Shown piece after piece: positions 36,234 to 45,933 of a stretch of 64,000 bases of DNA. The DNA is from an uncultured Candidatus Saccharibacteria bacterium. GTDB taxonomy: Bacteria; Patescibacteriota; Saccharimonadia; Saccharimonadales; UBA4665. The position numbers and the translations under genes were made by a program. Each line of letters begins with the position of its first letter. Within the stretch, counting starts at the first letter, position 1. Under the pieces are notes generated by a model, which saw only the letters and a list, made by a program, of their open reading frames with translations, was not told the DNA's origin and did not search any database. The DNA is taken from the NCBI GenBank assembly GCA_964426605.1, contig CAYRQK010000001.1, forward strand, positions 16,419-80,418, written 5' to 3'.

Positions 36234-36881
36234 TTATTTTTTGTGCCCAAGCATAATAACTGCCACTGTTCCAGCAACTATCAGGAGTATGATGACAATG
36301 CTAATAATTTTTGATTGTCTGGTAGCTGTTTGAGTTTGAGTGCCGTGTTCTTTCATGTAATTGAAGGCTGACTGGAAGCCACCGTACAGGCCAGTGGCCG
36401 AAGATACAAAGTGGCCATCCACATTGCCAATCGGCAGTGGTTGCAGGAGTTTACACTGTAGTTGCGCGTTACTAATAACAAATGAGTCCTGCATAAATGA
36501 GACCCCCGTGTCGGTCAGTGCACTTTCAAAAACTGATTCTAGTTGGTTGCCCGAACTGACTAAATCTGTTGTGGCCCCAGATTGTGCGGCAACCCCAACA
36601 TCGAGTGCCCGGTAAATACGGACCTGCGTGTCGGTGAAGGTGAGGTAGCCGACGAAACGGCCCACCACTCCTTCTGGACTGCGGGTTATGCCCGTGGCAA
36701 GGTTAAGGTCAGTTTCGTAGAAACTGTCGTTAATACCCTTAATGATACCTTCAATAACGACTGCAAAGCGGGTATCGGCCGGTAGAAGCGACATGGCCGT
36801 AGCGCCATCTTGCAACGCCCGCATGGTGGCCACTTTTTCGGCTGCAGCATTAGTTGCATTAGAAAGTGGGGTGTATTGCAT
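36234..36881 (-). CDS. hypothetical tail-anchored membrane protein
   Basis: 215 aa with a single C-terminal TM helix (IISIVIILLIVAGTVAVIML). TATAAC lies 7 nt upstream of the ATG. The gene interrupts ruvA and ruvB on the opposite strand. Confidence 0.5.
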   Translation of the reverse strand: MQYTPLSNATNAAAEKVATMRALQDGATAMSLLPADTRFAVVIEGIIKGINDSFYETDLNLATGITRSPEGVVGRFVGYLTFTDTQVRIYRALDVGVAAQSGATTDLVSSGNQLESVFESALTDTGVSFMQDSFVISNAQLQCKLLQPLPIGNVDGHFVSSATGLYGGFQSAFNYMKEHGTQTQTATRQSKIISIVIILLIVAGTVAVIMLGHKK

Positions 36882-36960
36882 GTGCTTAGTTATACGCTAT
36901 AAATACTCAGCGTCAATCCCCTGGTGTCCTCTAGTGGCAAGTCGCGTATAATACACATAT

Positions 36961-37992
36961 ATGATTGAGCGAATTATTGCGAATGCACCGGCAGCGGATG
37001 ATCCGGTTGAGGAAGAGTTTGAGAACAAACTACGGCCGCATGACTTTGCTGGTTACATTGGTCAGGAGCGGCTGAAGCAGAACCTGAAGCTGGCAATTGC
37101 CGCTGCTAAAAAGCGTGGTGAGCCGATCGACCACGTATTGCTATACGGCCCGCCGGGGCTCGGAAAAACCACCATGGCTAGCGTCATTGCCAATGAAATG
37201 GGCGCGCAGATACGCATCACATCCGGGCCGGCCATCGAGCGGGCCGGTGATCTGGCCAGCTTGCTGACCAACCTTCAGGACGGCGACGTACTGTTCGTAG
37301 ATGAAATCCATCGCTTGCATCGCACCATCGAGGAGACGTTGTATTCGGCTATGGAGGATTTCAAACTGGATATCATGCTAGGTAAGGGGCCGAGTGCCCG
37401 CAGCTTGCGGCTGGACTTGCCAAAGTTTACTATCATCGGTGCGACGACTCGGGCCGGGGCACTGGCCGGACCGCTGCGTGATCGCTTTGGGCATATTCAC
37501 CGTTTGGAGTTTTATACACCAACTGAAATTCGGCAGATTATCGAGCGTACCGCTGGCATACTCGATGTCAAAATTGACCCGGCCGCTGCTGGGATGCTGG
37601 CCGGCCGGGCTCGCCTGACGCCGCGTATCGCCAATCGACTGCTCAAGCGAGTGCGCGACTACGCTGATGTCAACGGCGACGGTATTATCGACATGGCCAT
37701 CAGTACCAGCGCCTTGGATTTACTTGAAATTGATGCGCTCGGGCTTGATCCGGCCGATCGTATGTTGCTGACTGCGATTATTGATAGTTACAGTGGTGGA
37801 CCAGTGGGCGTCGAGACGCTGGCGGCACTAACGGCTGAAGAGCGTAGCACTATCGAAGATTTCATCGAACCCTATCTGATGCAAATCGGCCTGCTGGAGC
37901 GCACACCACGTGGTCGCAAAGTCACGCCCAAGACATACATGCACCTCAATAAGGTACAGGCGACTGCTGACGACCAGCCGCGACTAGTATAG
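36961..37992 (+). CDS. ruvB: Holliday junction branch migration DNA helicase RuvB
   Basis: Walker [10 protein letters not shown] and Walker [16 protein letters not shown] (36947-36952) lies 8 nt upstream of the ATG. Confidence 0.98.
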   Translation: MIERIIANAPAADDPVEEEFENKLRPHDFAGYIGQERLKQNLKLAIAAAKKRGEPIDHVLLYGPPGLGKTTMASVIANEMGAQIRITSGPAIERAGDLASLLTNLQDGDVLFVDEIHRLHRTIEETLYSAMEDFKLDIMLGKGPSARSLRLDLPKFTIIGATTRAGALAGPLRDRFGHIHRLEFYTPTEIRQIIERTAGILDVKIDPAAAGMLAGRARLTPRIANRLLKRVRDYADVNGDGIIDMAISTSALDLLEIDALGLDPADRMLLTAIIDSYSGGPVGVETLAALTAEERSTIEDFIEPYLMQIGLLERTPRGRKVTPKTYMHLNKVQATADDQPRLV

Positions 37993-38002
37993 AATAAGTC
38001 AT

Positions 38003-38656
38003 ATGCAACCCAACGACCCGTTTGACCCGACTGCCCAACCGGCACGTAGCGCTTCGGCACAGCCGGCTGTACGTAATCCGCTAGCCGCTATGCGTCCTGG
38101 CGAGAAAGTGCTGTGTGAGATCAAGCGTCACCCCATTGGACTCGTTACGTCATACGCTGGGATCGCACTACTGTTATTACTGATCGCGGTTGTCGGTTAC
38201 AGTGTTGCGCCATCGATCTTCACGGCTTACAGCAAAACGCAGGTCTACGGCATCGTAACAATTGTATTTTTGTGTACAGCGGTGCTGGGATTGTTGTTTG
38301 CGATAGTGGCACATGTCGTGTACTTGGGCAATCGTTGGATTGTCACTGACGACAGCGTGACACAGATAGTACAGGTAAGTTTGTTTAGTAAACAGAGCAG
38401 CCAGTTGTCGATGGGTAACCTGGAAGATGTGACGGCTGAGCAAAACGGCATCTTGCCACACCTATTTAACTACGGTGTGCTCAAGGCCGAAACGGCTGGC
38501 GAGCATTCGAAGTTCCGATTTATTTATTGCCCCAATCCTAACTTTTACGCGCAGTGTATTTTGCAGGCCCGCGAAGCGTTCGAGCAAGGGAACCAGCACA
38601 CCCCTGAGCAGCAGACCTATCCGTCTGCGCCGACGCTACCGCCAGTACAGCAATAG
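38003..38656 (+). CDS. membrane protein with bacterial PH (YdbS/YdbT-like) domain
   Basis: GEKVLCEIKRHPIGL, then two TM helices, then a PH-like C-terminal domain. TAGAAT lies 7 nt upstream of the ATG. Confidence 0.55.
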   Translation: MQPNDPFDPTAQPARSASAQPAVRNPLAAMRPGEKVLCEIKRHPIGLVTSYAGIALLLLLIAVVGYSVAPSIFTAYSKTQVYGIVTIVFLCTAVLGLLFAIVAHVVYLGNRWIVTDDSVTQIVQVSLFSKQSSQLSMGNLEDVTAEQNGILPHLFNYGVLKAETAGEHSKFRFIYCPNPNFYAQCILQAREAFEQGNQHTPEQQTYPSAPTLPPVQQ

Positions 38657-38659
38657 TAA

Positions 38660-38968
38660 CTAATCGTTGAACGGACTGTCGCGCGATTCGTTGAATAGTG
38701 TTTGGACGTTGACGCTATTGTCTTTAAGGCTCTCTAGCTGTTGTACGGCAGACTTATCGATGTGTGGTGTCAATTTTGCCGTCTCGGATACGACAGTAGA
38801 GTTATCGGGCTGGGCGCTGGACAGCGTGGATATGCGTAGCAGTACGAAGCCGTACGTTGCAGCGACTGATATGAAGAATAAAATCGGCACATAACGCAGC
38901 AATTTGTGTCCAGCTTGGGATAATAATTGTGGCAGAGCCTTCATGTCTATATTAATGTCTTTACTCAT
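38660..38968 (-). CDS. hypothetical single-TM protein, last gene of the pilus operon
   Basis: 102 aa. A 4-nt ATGA overlap joins it to pilO. One TM helix (YVPILFFISVAATYGFVLL). Confidence 0.5.
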   Translation of the reverse strand: MSKDINIDMKALPQLLSQAGHKLLRYVPILFFISVAATYGFVLLRISTLSSAQPDNSTVVSETAKLTPHIDKSAVQQLESLKDNSVNVQTLFNESRDSPFND

Positions 38969-39564
38969 GGCTTGATGTACTCATCTAGGGTTAGGGTGAA
39001 ACCGACATTCGTGGAATTCTTGACGTCTGGTGTCAGGTTGATATTACTAACTAAGGCAGTGCGCCGGTTGTTCTCGAGATCCTGGAGGAAGGTGAGCAAT
39101 TGACTGTAGGGCACGGTATGCGCCGGATCTGACTGGACTGAAATCTGCAATATATAGACCCCAACGATTCCTTTCACGGGTGTGAGTTGTGAAGTGGACA
39201 GGGATGCCACACTTGGTGCCAGCGTAGTACCGAGCGTGGATGAGGGGAACGAAATGCTGCCCAGTTGTATGCTGTTGCTGCTGGCAATGTTGACGATTTC
39301 GCGCACGGCTTGTGCCTGATCTTTATCCTGGGGCACGATACTCTGGGCGATGCCGGCGAGCGAACTGTATTGCTTGACGTCTCTCTTGGCGCCGCCCAGC
39401 GCATTGCTCTGAGCGTCTAGTGTCTGGATCTTCAACCGTTGCTCGACCAGCTTGTGCGACGATGACGCCAGTAGACTATTCACGGCGTACGCTCCACCGA
39501 AGATGCCCATGAGTATTACGATGTTGAGTCCCGTCAGCACCAGGAAAAGTCGTTTGCTGTTCAT
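38965..39564 (-). CDS. pilO: type IV pilus assembly protein PilO-like
   Basis: The ATG at 39564 (MNSKRLFLVLTGLNIVILMGIF) overlaps the pilN stop (ATGA). The architecture is a TM helix, a coiled coil and a ferredoxin-like C-terminus. Position in the operon supports the call. Confidence 0.6.
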   Translation of the reverse strand: MNSKRLFLVLTGLNIVILMGIFGGAYAVNSLLASSSHKLVEQRLKIQTLDAQSNALGGAKRDVKQYSSLAGIAQSIVPQDKDQAQAVREIVNIASSNSIQLGSISFPSSTLGTTLAPSVASLSTSQLTPVKGIVGVYILQISVQSDPAHTVPYSQLLTFLQDLENNRRTALVSNINLTPDVKNSTNVGFTLTLDEYIKP

Positions 39565-40169
39565 AGTTTGGCCTCGTTGTGTATGAATAAGAATGAAGTG
39601 CTGTTGGAGAACAGGGCTCGGATGGTGATGGTGCAAGGGTACTTGCCGTTTATGCCGTCGGAACTGCCCCCGGTGCTACTGCAGCTTATGTTTACGATGT
39701 CGGCTTTACTGAAGATCTTGTTGTTGGGGTCGGCCAAGTTGACTTGCAGCTGAGTTGCGGCGTTGTAGTCGGTTGCCTGGGCGGTAATGTCCACCGCGCT
39801 GTCACCCTGCGTAATGTTGAGAGTGGAGAGCACGGCATTGCGGGGGGTAACGGCGGCGAGTTGTTTAAGTAATTTAGAGAATAGGACTTCCTTCGAAAGT
39901 ACTTGGACCGCGAGCTTGAGGCTACCGCTGATGGTTTTGACTTCCTGCTGCGTTTTGTCGAGGTTTTGAGACTGGAGTGTAGTTGTTGTGTCGTTGATTT
40001 GCTTAGTATACGAGCCCGATATCTGGTGCATGTACAGCCAGCCGAAACCCCCGATGACTACTAGCCCGGCCAGTGCAAGGCAGCTCGCGATGAGCCAGTG
40101 GCGCATACGGACATTCAGGAGCGCGTAGCGATAGTGTGACTTGGTATCTGGTGGCAGTAGATTGATCAT
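39561..40169 (-). CDS. pilN: type IV pilus assembly protein PilN
   Basis: The MINLLPP N-terminus is typical of PilN and is followed by a TM helix. The track start at 40232 overlaps pilM. Confidence 0.7.
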   Translation of the reverse strand: MINLLPPDTKSHYRYALLNVRMRHWLIASCLALAGLVVIGGFGWLYMHQISGSYTKQINDTTTTLQSQNLDKTQQEVKTISGSLKLAVQVLSKEVLFSKLLKQLAAVTPRNAVLSTLNITQGDSAVDITAQATDYNAATQLQVNLADPNNKIFSKADIVNISCSSTGGSSDGINGKYPCTITIRALFSNSTSFLFIHNEAKL

Positions 40170-40212
40170 AGAGTATTGCCCCCCAGTGGCGTGTTGGCGG
40201 TACGTGTCCGAA

Positions 40213-41289
40213 TCATGCGTGGAATACCTCACGAGGATTTAGAAAACTTAAACCCGCAGCTGTGGCAAACATCGGATGATCGGCGAGAGCCGGTAACTGC
40301 ATGTGTTTGGCGCTGAGATAGTTCCATGGGTCGCATGTTCGAACCGGAATCCGCAGCTCGCTGGTCAAATAATCGGTAAGGCCTGGCATGTTTGCCCCAC
40401 CACCAAGTGCGATTACCTGACCGATGGGGTGATCGGTACCGTATCGCTCTTCGTAGTAACGGATCATACGCTGAATTTCCTTGGCAAGCTGTGCCAGTAT
40501 GGGCGATAGTGCGGTCACGATCTCACCCTGCTTCTTGCTAGTTGCCATGCCATATCGTGTTTTGATAGTGGCTGCTTCGGCTTCACTGACCTTGAGCTTT
40601 TGAGCGATAGAGCGGGTAAATACGAGCCCTCCAGAAGGTACAGTACCAGTTACGAGTACAGCGTTGCGGAAAATGCTAATGTCGCACGACAACGTTCCAA
40701 AGTCGATGATGACCGTCGCTACGTCACTGTGGCTGTCGCGACTAAAAAGTCGCCCAGCTGCCGACATAGTAGTCTCGATGAGTACCGCCTCGAGTCCGAG
40801 CACTCGGGTCAGGTCGAGATACGAGTCAACGATTTTCTTGGGGATAGCGACAGCCATAAATTCGTTGAGCTCCTCATCTTGAGAGGTCAGCATATAGTCA
40901 ACATAGACATCATCTATAGGGATCGGTGTGTATTGTTCGACTTCGAGCCGAATAGCTTCGTCGAGCTCGCCGGGCTTCAATTTAGGTAACTGAATCGACC
41001 TGGAGTAGGCACGGTACGATGGAATAGCCATCGAGACCCGTCGTGTCGTGATGTCGCCGATCAGACGGTGCTGGAACAGGTTGAGCGTAGCCTTGGCTAT
41101 GGCCTCGGGGTTCGTAACAACACCGTCTACAATTGCACCTGCCTCGAACTCAGCACTGCCGTAGCCAACCACGTGTGGCTTGGCGTGATCGATCTCGCAT
41201 TGCATAACTTTCAACGTGCTCTGGCCAATATCTAAGCCGAAAACAGGTTTGTTGTGATAGAAGTTGCTGTGTTTGCTCATGCCACCCAT
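40213..41289 (-). CDS. pilM: type IV pilus assembly ATPase-fold protein PilM
   Basis: Actin/FtsA-like fold signatures: FGLDIGQSTLKV, IIDFGTLSCDISIF and VIALGGGANMPGL. An alternative ATG lies at 41280. Confidence 0.85.
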   Translation of the reverse strand: MGGMSKHSNFYHNKPVFGLDIGQSTLKVMQCEIDHAKPHVVGYGSAEFEAGAIVDGVVTNPEAIAKATLNLFQHRLIGDITTRRVSMAIPSYRAYSRSIQLPKLKPGELDEAIRLEVEQYTPIPIDDVYVDYMLTSQDEELNEFMAVAIPKKIVDSYLDLTRVLGLEAVLIETTMSAAGRLFSRDSHSDVATVIIDFGTLSCDISIFRNAVLVTGTVPSGGLVFTRSIAQKLKVSEAEAATIKTRYGMATSKKQGEIVTALSPILAQLAKEIQRMIRYYEERYGTDHPIGQVIALGGGANMPGLTDYLTSELRIPVRTCDPWNYLSAKHMQLPALADHPMFATAAGLSFLNPREVFHA

Positions 41290-41346
41290 TCAAGCGTTAG
41301 CTCTTTGATCATAAGTGTACCATTTCCCGAGTATCCATGGCTAGAG

Positions 41347-42777
41347 TCAGTATATTTCCTGGTAGCTTCTGATGGTCCAGGTACGAGCACCAGAAGCAAG
41401 TGTGGTCCCGAAGGTGATTGAGGCAGAACCACTGAGGTCGACTGACTGCCCAATGGCGGAGCCGATGATGTTGGCTCCACCGACCGATATCTTACCCCAG
41501 TATGCGTCAAAGACAATACCGGGCAAGATAGTCGCCCCGCTGACTGTGATGGTTTGTTGCTGAGACGAGTTATACAGGTCGGTACCCGTGGGTGTAGCCG
41601 CTGGATTGCCGGTACTATTTTTGAAGCTAATAAACTCCACCCCGGTACCGCTACTGTTGGCGGCCATCGAGGCTGCCCCGTTGACAGTAATGGTGCCATC
41701 AACGATGACGACCGGTCGTGTTGTGCCGACGCTATTGGCCACTGTCACATGGCTGCTGGCCCCGATTGTCAGGTCGCCAGTTATGTAGGCGTTGCCGTTT
41801 ATAGTCAAATTACAGACACCGCCAATTTTGACGTCGCCAGTTATCTTGACATTGGCTGGCCAGTTGGCGGCGGCGCCCAGCCCCAGTACGCCATTCGAAC
41901 AGCCATATGATCCAGTTGCGCCGGTACCAGTAGTGGCTACAGCATCGATTTGGGCTTGACGATCATAGGTTGGCATGCTGACTTTGGGCGCTACACAGCC
42001 CGGTTGTAGCCCAGAACCCCCAGACAGTCCGCCACTAATGCCAGCTGTGGATGTTTGCCCGGTGGCGCAGACAGTACCATAAATGTGCGACATACCACCG
42101 ACAGAGATCGGCTGTGTGCCGTCGGTACAAACCTGGGGGTAGGTCGCGCCGGGGTTGGAGCCCTGGGGGCACTGATTGTTGGCGACATCCACGGTCAGTG
42201 GTGTGACGAGTGTACCTATCTGGGCGGCACCCGTTAGGGTGATGCTTCCACCTGTATAGATTGCCGAATTGACGATTGCCCCAACACCATTCAGGGTAAG
42301 CCCACCAGGGCCACTGAATACCGAGTAGCCAGTCGAACTCGTTCCTACCATGGTGACTTTAATTTTGCGCGTCGCATATGGCCGCCCCGACTTGTCATTG
42401 TTGTGGTATACATCGCCCGTCGAGATGATGGTTTTTGATCCATCGGCAGCGGTCGTGATGCTGGTTTCGAAGGTAGCTCTGCCTTGTGTGCCATTGTTGA
42501 AGAACTGTTGCGCCGAAGGGTAGCCTGCAAAACTGTCATCTAGATTGAGCTGATGTACCGACTCTTCAATGCCCGCCTCGGCGGTGAGGTAAGCGTTATT
42601 CGAGTACACCCCAGCGCTTGCCAGCTGATATTGTCCGCCGGCGGCCTCCAGGAGTGCGATGCCAATGATGGACAGTACAATGGTCAGCCCCAGCACGGCT
42701 ACGAGTAGGAACCCTTGGCTATTACGGGGCTCCACGGATACTCGACGAGGCTTTAACCAGGAACGTGGCTTAATCAT
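41347..42777 (-). CDS. PilX-N-like pilus-associated protein with Gly/Thr-rich beta-helix-like repeats (candidate tip adhesin)
   Basis: 476 aa. The N-terminal QGFLLVAVLGLTIVLSIIGIALL is pseudopilin-like but lacks Glu5. The rest is G/T/S/N-rich with repeats such as ITGDVKIGGVCNLTINGNAYITGDLTIG. Confidence 0.6.
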   Translation of the reverse strand: MIKPRSWLKPRRVSVEPRNSQGFLLVAVLGLTIVLSIIGIALLEAAGGQYQLASAGVYSNNAYLTAEAGIEESVHQLNLDDSFAGYPSAQQFFNNGTQGRATFETSITTAADGSKTIISTGDVYHNNDKSGRPYATRKIKVTMVGTSSTGYSVFSGPGGLTLNGVGAIVNSAIYTGGSITLTGAAQIGTLVTPLTVDVANNQCPQGSNPGATYPQVCTDGTQPISVGGMSHIYGTVCATGQTSTAGISGGLSGGSGLQPGCVAPKVSMPTYDRQAQIDAVATTGTGATGSYGCSNGVLGLGAAANWPANVKITGDVKIGGVCNLTINGNAYITGDLTIGASSHVTVANSVGTTRPVVIVDGTITVNGAASMAANSSGTGVEFISFKNSTGNPAATPTGTDLYNSSQQQTITVSGATILPGIVFDAYWGKISVGGANIIGSAIGQSVDLSGSASITFGTTLASGARTWTIRSYQEIY

Positions 42778-43441
42778 TTCTAAATACCATCCGGGTGTTA
42801 TATGAAGTAGTGAAGTCCTGGTTATATTTGCGCGCGTTCAGAGTGACGTTAAGGATGATAGACCGAGCATCCACTGGCGCTACATTGCTGTCCGAACCGT
42901 CGCGATACGATACACTGAAGGCCGAAACGTTGTGTAGCACCGCGCGGTCGGCCGGGCAAGCGCTGGTGGCCAGAATGGCTGGGCAGGTAGTCTTTGCCGC
43001 GTTACCACTGACGGTAGAGGCTAAGATGCGGCGATAGAGTGTGCCGCCACTGACGAAATAGATAGTGTTGTTCTTCTCGGTAATATAGTGTGATGCATCG
43101 GCGAAGATGATATTGTGGCTGCTATCTTGGGCGGGAGTTGACAGGACGAGCGTTGATCCGCCCGAAGTCCAGCTATACAGATCGCCGGGAGTTGGTCCGT
43201 TGCTGTCGGGCCAGCGATTATTAATGTCGGCGTTGGAGGACAAGCGGATGTCATCAGCCGCACCGTCTAGCCCTTGCTGAGCTTCGCGCAGCAGATCGGC
43301 TTTAGCGGTGGCAATAGCACTAGCCCGCATACTGCTAGCCATAAACCCCATAATTACAGCCGACATGATGATCGATATGGTGATGGTAACAACGAGTTCA
43401 ACGAGGGTGAAACCGGCACTAGCTTGACGGTGCACGCTCAT
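42770..43441 (-). CDS. minor pilin (prepilin-type N-terminal cleavage/methylation domain, PilW-like)
   Basis: The N-terminus AGFTLVELVVTITI is a G|FTLVE class III signal. Confidence 0.8.
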   Translation of the reverse strand: MSVHRQASAGFTLVELVVTITISIIMSAVIMGFMASSMRASAIATAKADLLREAQQGLDGAADDIRLSSNADINNRWPDSNGPTPGDLYSWTSGGSTLVLSTPAQDSSHNIIFADASHYITEKNNTIYFVSGGTLYRRILASTVSGNAAKTTCPAILATSACPADRAVLHNVSAFSVSYRDGSDSNVAPVDARSIILNVTLNARKYNQDFTTSYNTRMVFRND

Positions 43442-43836
43442 TGCGATATCCCAATCACCCCAATAAGGGAACTGAGCTCAACCTGTCGTTGCGACCCTTT
43501 GTCGGTGTAGCTGACAGTGACATCGACTCGTTTGATACCTGCCACGGGCTCACTGACTTGGGCGGTGCCGCTACGAGGTGCGGGCAAAGTCGATGGTAGG
43601 TTGGAGCTGAAGTCTATAATTTGGCCGTCCACGAGTTGGGTATAGTTGTTGTTCCTGAGTGATTCGACTTCTGTGCGGGCAATCTGGTTGGCGCTTTCGA
43701 GATACGCTGATTGCCGTTGAATGTCTTGCAGACTTAAAAATAGCAGCGATAGTCCTGTTGCCACAAAGCCGAATGTGACAATGGCAATAGCCAGCTCCAC
43801 CACTGTAAATCCTTTAGATGACATAGTTACGCTCAT
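43438..43836 (-). CDS. minor pilin (prepilin-type N-terminal domain, PilV-like)
   Basis: N-terminus KGFTVVELAIAIV. TAGAAT (43848..43843) lies 6 nt upstream of the ATG. Confidence 0.8.
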   Translation of the reverse strand: MSVTMSSKGFTVVELAIAIVTFGFVATGLSLLFLSLQDIQRQSAYLESANQIARTEVESLRNNNYTQLVDGQIIDFSSNLPSTLPAPRSGTAQVSEPVAGIKRVDVTVSYTDKGSQRQVELSSLIGVIGISQ

Positions 43837-43856
43837 GCTTATATTCTATTGTACTA

Positions 43857-43882
43857 AAAACGGGGCGTAATCGCCCCGTTTT
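43857..43882 (-). terminator. intrinsic terminator after pilA (symmetric hairpin)
   Basis: AAAACGGGGCG-taat-CGCCCCGTTTT, with a T-run on the minus strand. Confidence 0.8.
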
Positions 43883-43903
43883 GTAGTACAAACCTATGCC
43901 GGT

Positions 43904-44371
43904 CTAGGTGTTGCTAGACTTTGTGTAGACGTCGGCGCTACCTTCAAGCTGGGCTTTCAGGGTGAACGATGTACAACCATTAGTCGCACTACTTGGGTCA
44001 GTTGCAGTACAACCATTAGTGAAGTAGGTGTAGCCATCCCCTGCTGGGTTAGTGGCAGCCGTACTCGCATTGACGAGCGTGCCAGTCTTAGGACCAATCA
44101 GTGACTGTGGGTCTAAGCCCTTGAGGCTGGTACTGATAAAGGTTGGACTTATTAGGTCAGTGTACGTTGGGTAGTAGCCGTTCTGGGCGTAAAACGCTTC
44201 GAGCTGACTGTCTACTGCATTAATGTCTGTTTGGCGTTGGCTGTCGCGAGCCTTCTGCTGAATACCGGTGAAGGTAACAATAACCAGTGTTGCCAAGATT
44301 GCAATGACAACGATGACAATCAGAAGTTCCACAATTGTGAAGCCGCTTTGTCGCTTTTTTAGTGAGATCAT
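43904..44371 (-). CDS. pilA: major type IV pilin
   Basis: The ATG at 44371 is preceded by GGAGGGTGG. Leader MISLKKRQSG|FTIVELLIVIVVIAILATLV has Glu5. The track start at 44452 is rejected. Confidence 0.88.
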   Translation of the reverse strand: MISLKKRQSGFTIVELLIVIVVIAILATLVIVTFTGIQQKARDSQRQTDINAVDSQLEAFYAQNGYYPTYTDLISPTFISTSLKGLDPQSLIGPKTGTLVNASTAATNPAGDGYTYFTNGCTATDPSSATNGCTSFTLKAQLEGSADVYTKSSNT

Positions 44372-44441
44372 AGGAACCCACCCTCCTACGTTACGTTTTA
44401 TGTATTGATCCCTGCTGCGAACAACAGAGTATCTGCCACTG

Positions 44442-44469
44442 ATTATAACCATAAGCTTATCCAGGTCAA
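44442..44469 (-). promoter_or_regulatory. pilA promoter
   Basis: The minus strand reads TTGACC (44469..44464), a 16-nt spacer, then TATAAT (44447..44442). This implies a 5' UTR of roughly 65-70 nt. Confidence 0.7.
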
Positions 44470-44541
44470 GCCCCGGTTGACAGGGCGCTTCTTGACACCA
44501 GGTGTATTAGCGAGCCTGTCAAGAGGTATGTTTTCGATTTG

Positions 44542-44620
44542 GGGAAAAGGGCAGCCCGAGTCGGCGGATTCGTTCCGCGACTCGGAGCGATGAGAAAAAC
44601 CGTTAGGTTTGTCTCATAAG
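44542..44620 (+). repeat. two-hairpin repeat element, copy 1 (pilC-pilA spacer)
   Basis: GGGAAAAGGGCAGC, then a CCGAGTCG...CGACTCGG hairpin, then GCGATGAGAAAAACCGTTAGGTTTGTCTCATAAG. A paralogous copy lies at 58308-58384. Confidence 0.6.
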
Positions 44621-44629
44621 GCGAAGCCG

Positions 44630-45925
44630 CTAATTGTTGCCGACGTGCTGGCTCAGACTGGCGATTGGACCCATGACGCTGGCAGCAATCAGGCCTACGA
44701 TGGCGCCGAGCACGATGATCATCAGCGGCTCGATGAGTGAGCTCAAGGCATCGATGGCGGTATCGACCTCTTCGTCGTAGAACTCGGCCACCTTAACGAG
44801 GATGGTGTCGATCTGGCCAGTCTCCTCACCGACGGCCAACATTTGAGCGATGATTGGCGGGAAAAGCTTGCTTTTGCCAAGAGGCTCACTGAGGGGCTTG
44901 CCAGCCTTGACCTCCTCGGCAGCGTCCAGCAGCTCCTTCTCGATAACCTTGTTGCCGATGGCACCACCGGTCACTTGCAGCGCATCCAACACCGTAACAC
45001 CAGCCGAGGTGAGCGAAGCAAACGTGCGCGCAAAGCGCGATACGGCTATCTTGATGATGAGCACCTTGAGCACCGGTATGTGCAACAGTAGCGAATGGAA
45101 TTGGAATTTACCCTTGGGGGTATGGATGTAGCGTAGTGTCAGATAGGTGATGATGCCAAAGGCCAGTACGATGAACAGTAGGTTGGGTATGCCGTTGACA
45201 ATCGGGATGAAGTTGAAAGGTGGTAAGTGTTTGATAATGCTGGGACTGATGGAGAAGTGACTGATGCCGAGCAAGGCTCTGGTGTACACGGGTAATTTGG
45301 CATCGGGGCCGCCCAAGTCTGTCAGGATCTTGCCGATCTTAGGCATGATGACGATCATGATGCCAAAGAAGGCGATGATGGTGATAGACAAGATGACGGT
45401 AGGATAGGTCATAGCGCCCTTGAGTTTTTTGCGGATTGAGGCATCCTTCTCGGTTTGGGCGGCAACCCGCTTCAGGATCTCGTCCAGGATACCGCCAGAC
45501 TCGCCGGCTTTGACCATGTTGATATAGACCTCGGAAAAGACATTGGGGAATTCGGCGAAGGCTTCGCCCAGTGTAGTGCCCGACTCGACATTTTTGGTGA
45601 TGTTGCCGATGACGTGCTTGAAATATTTACTCTCAGCTTGATCTTGCAGGGTAGAGAGTGATCGGGGCAGGGGTACACCAGCGCTGACCATAGTACTGAG
45701 CTGGCGGGTAAAGACCATCAGGTCACGGAGTCTGACCTTCTGGTTGAACGTGCGGTCAAAGAACGAAGCCTGTTTTTTGGTGCCCGAACTGGAGCCAATC
45801 TTGATACTAACAGGCTTGGCACCCTGCTTGGCCAGCGCTGCAATCAGGTCTTGTTTGGTGGCGGCATCAAATGTACCGGCAATGGTTTTGCCGTCTCTGG
45901 TGAGTGCTTTGTATATAAATTTCAT
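44630..45925 (-). CDS. pilC: type IV pilus platform protein PilC (GspF family)
   Basis: 431 aa with two T2SSF repeats (FTRQLSTMVSAGVPLPRSL and FARTFASLTSAGVTVLDAL) and three TM helices. Confidence 0.93.
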   Translation of the reverse strand: MKFIYKALTRDGKTIAGTFDAATKQDLIAALAKQGAKPVSIKIGSSSGTKKQASFFDRTFNQKVRLRDLMVFTRQLSTMVSAGVPLPRSLSTLQDQAESKYFKHVIGNITKNVESGTTLGEAFAEFPNVFSEVYINMVKAGESGGILDEILKRVAAQTEKDASIRKKLKGAMTYPTVILSITIIAFFGIMIVIMPKIGKILTDLGGPDAKLPVYTRALLGISHFSISPSIIKHLPPFNFIPIVNGIPNLLFIVLAFGIITYLTLRYIHTPKGKFQFHSLLLHIPVLKVLIIKIAVSRFARTFASLTSAGVTVLDALQVTGGAIGNKVIEKELLDAAEEVKAGKPLSEPLGKSKLFPPIIAQMLAVGEETGQIDTILVKVAEFYDEEVDTAIDALSSLIEPLMIIVLGAIVGLIAASVMGPIASLSQHVGNN

Positions 45926-45933
45926 GGCCTAGC

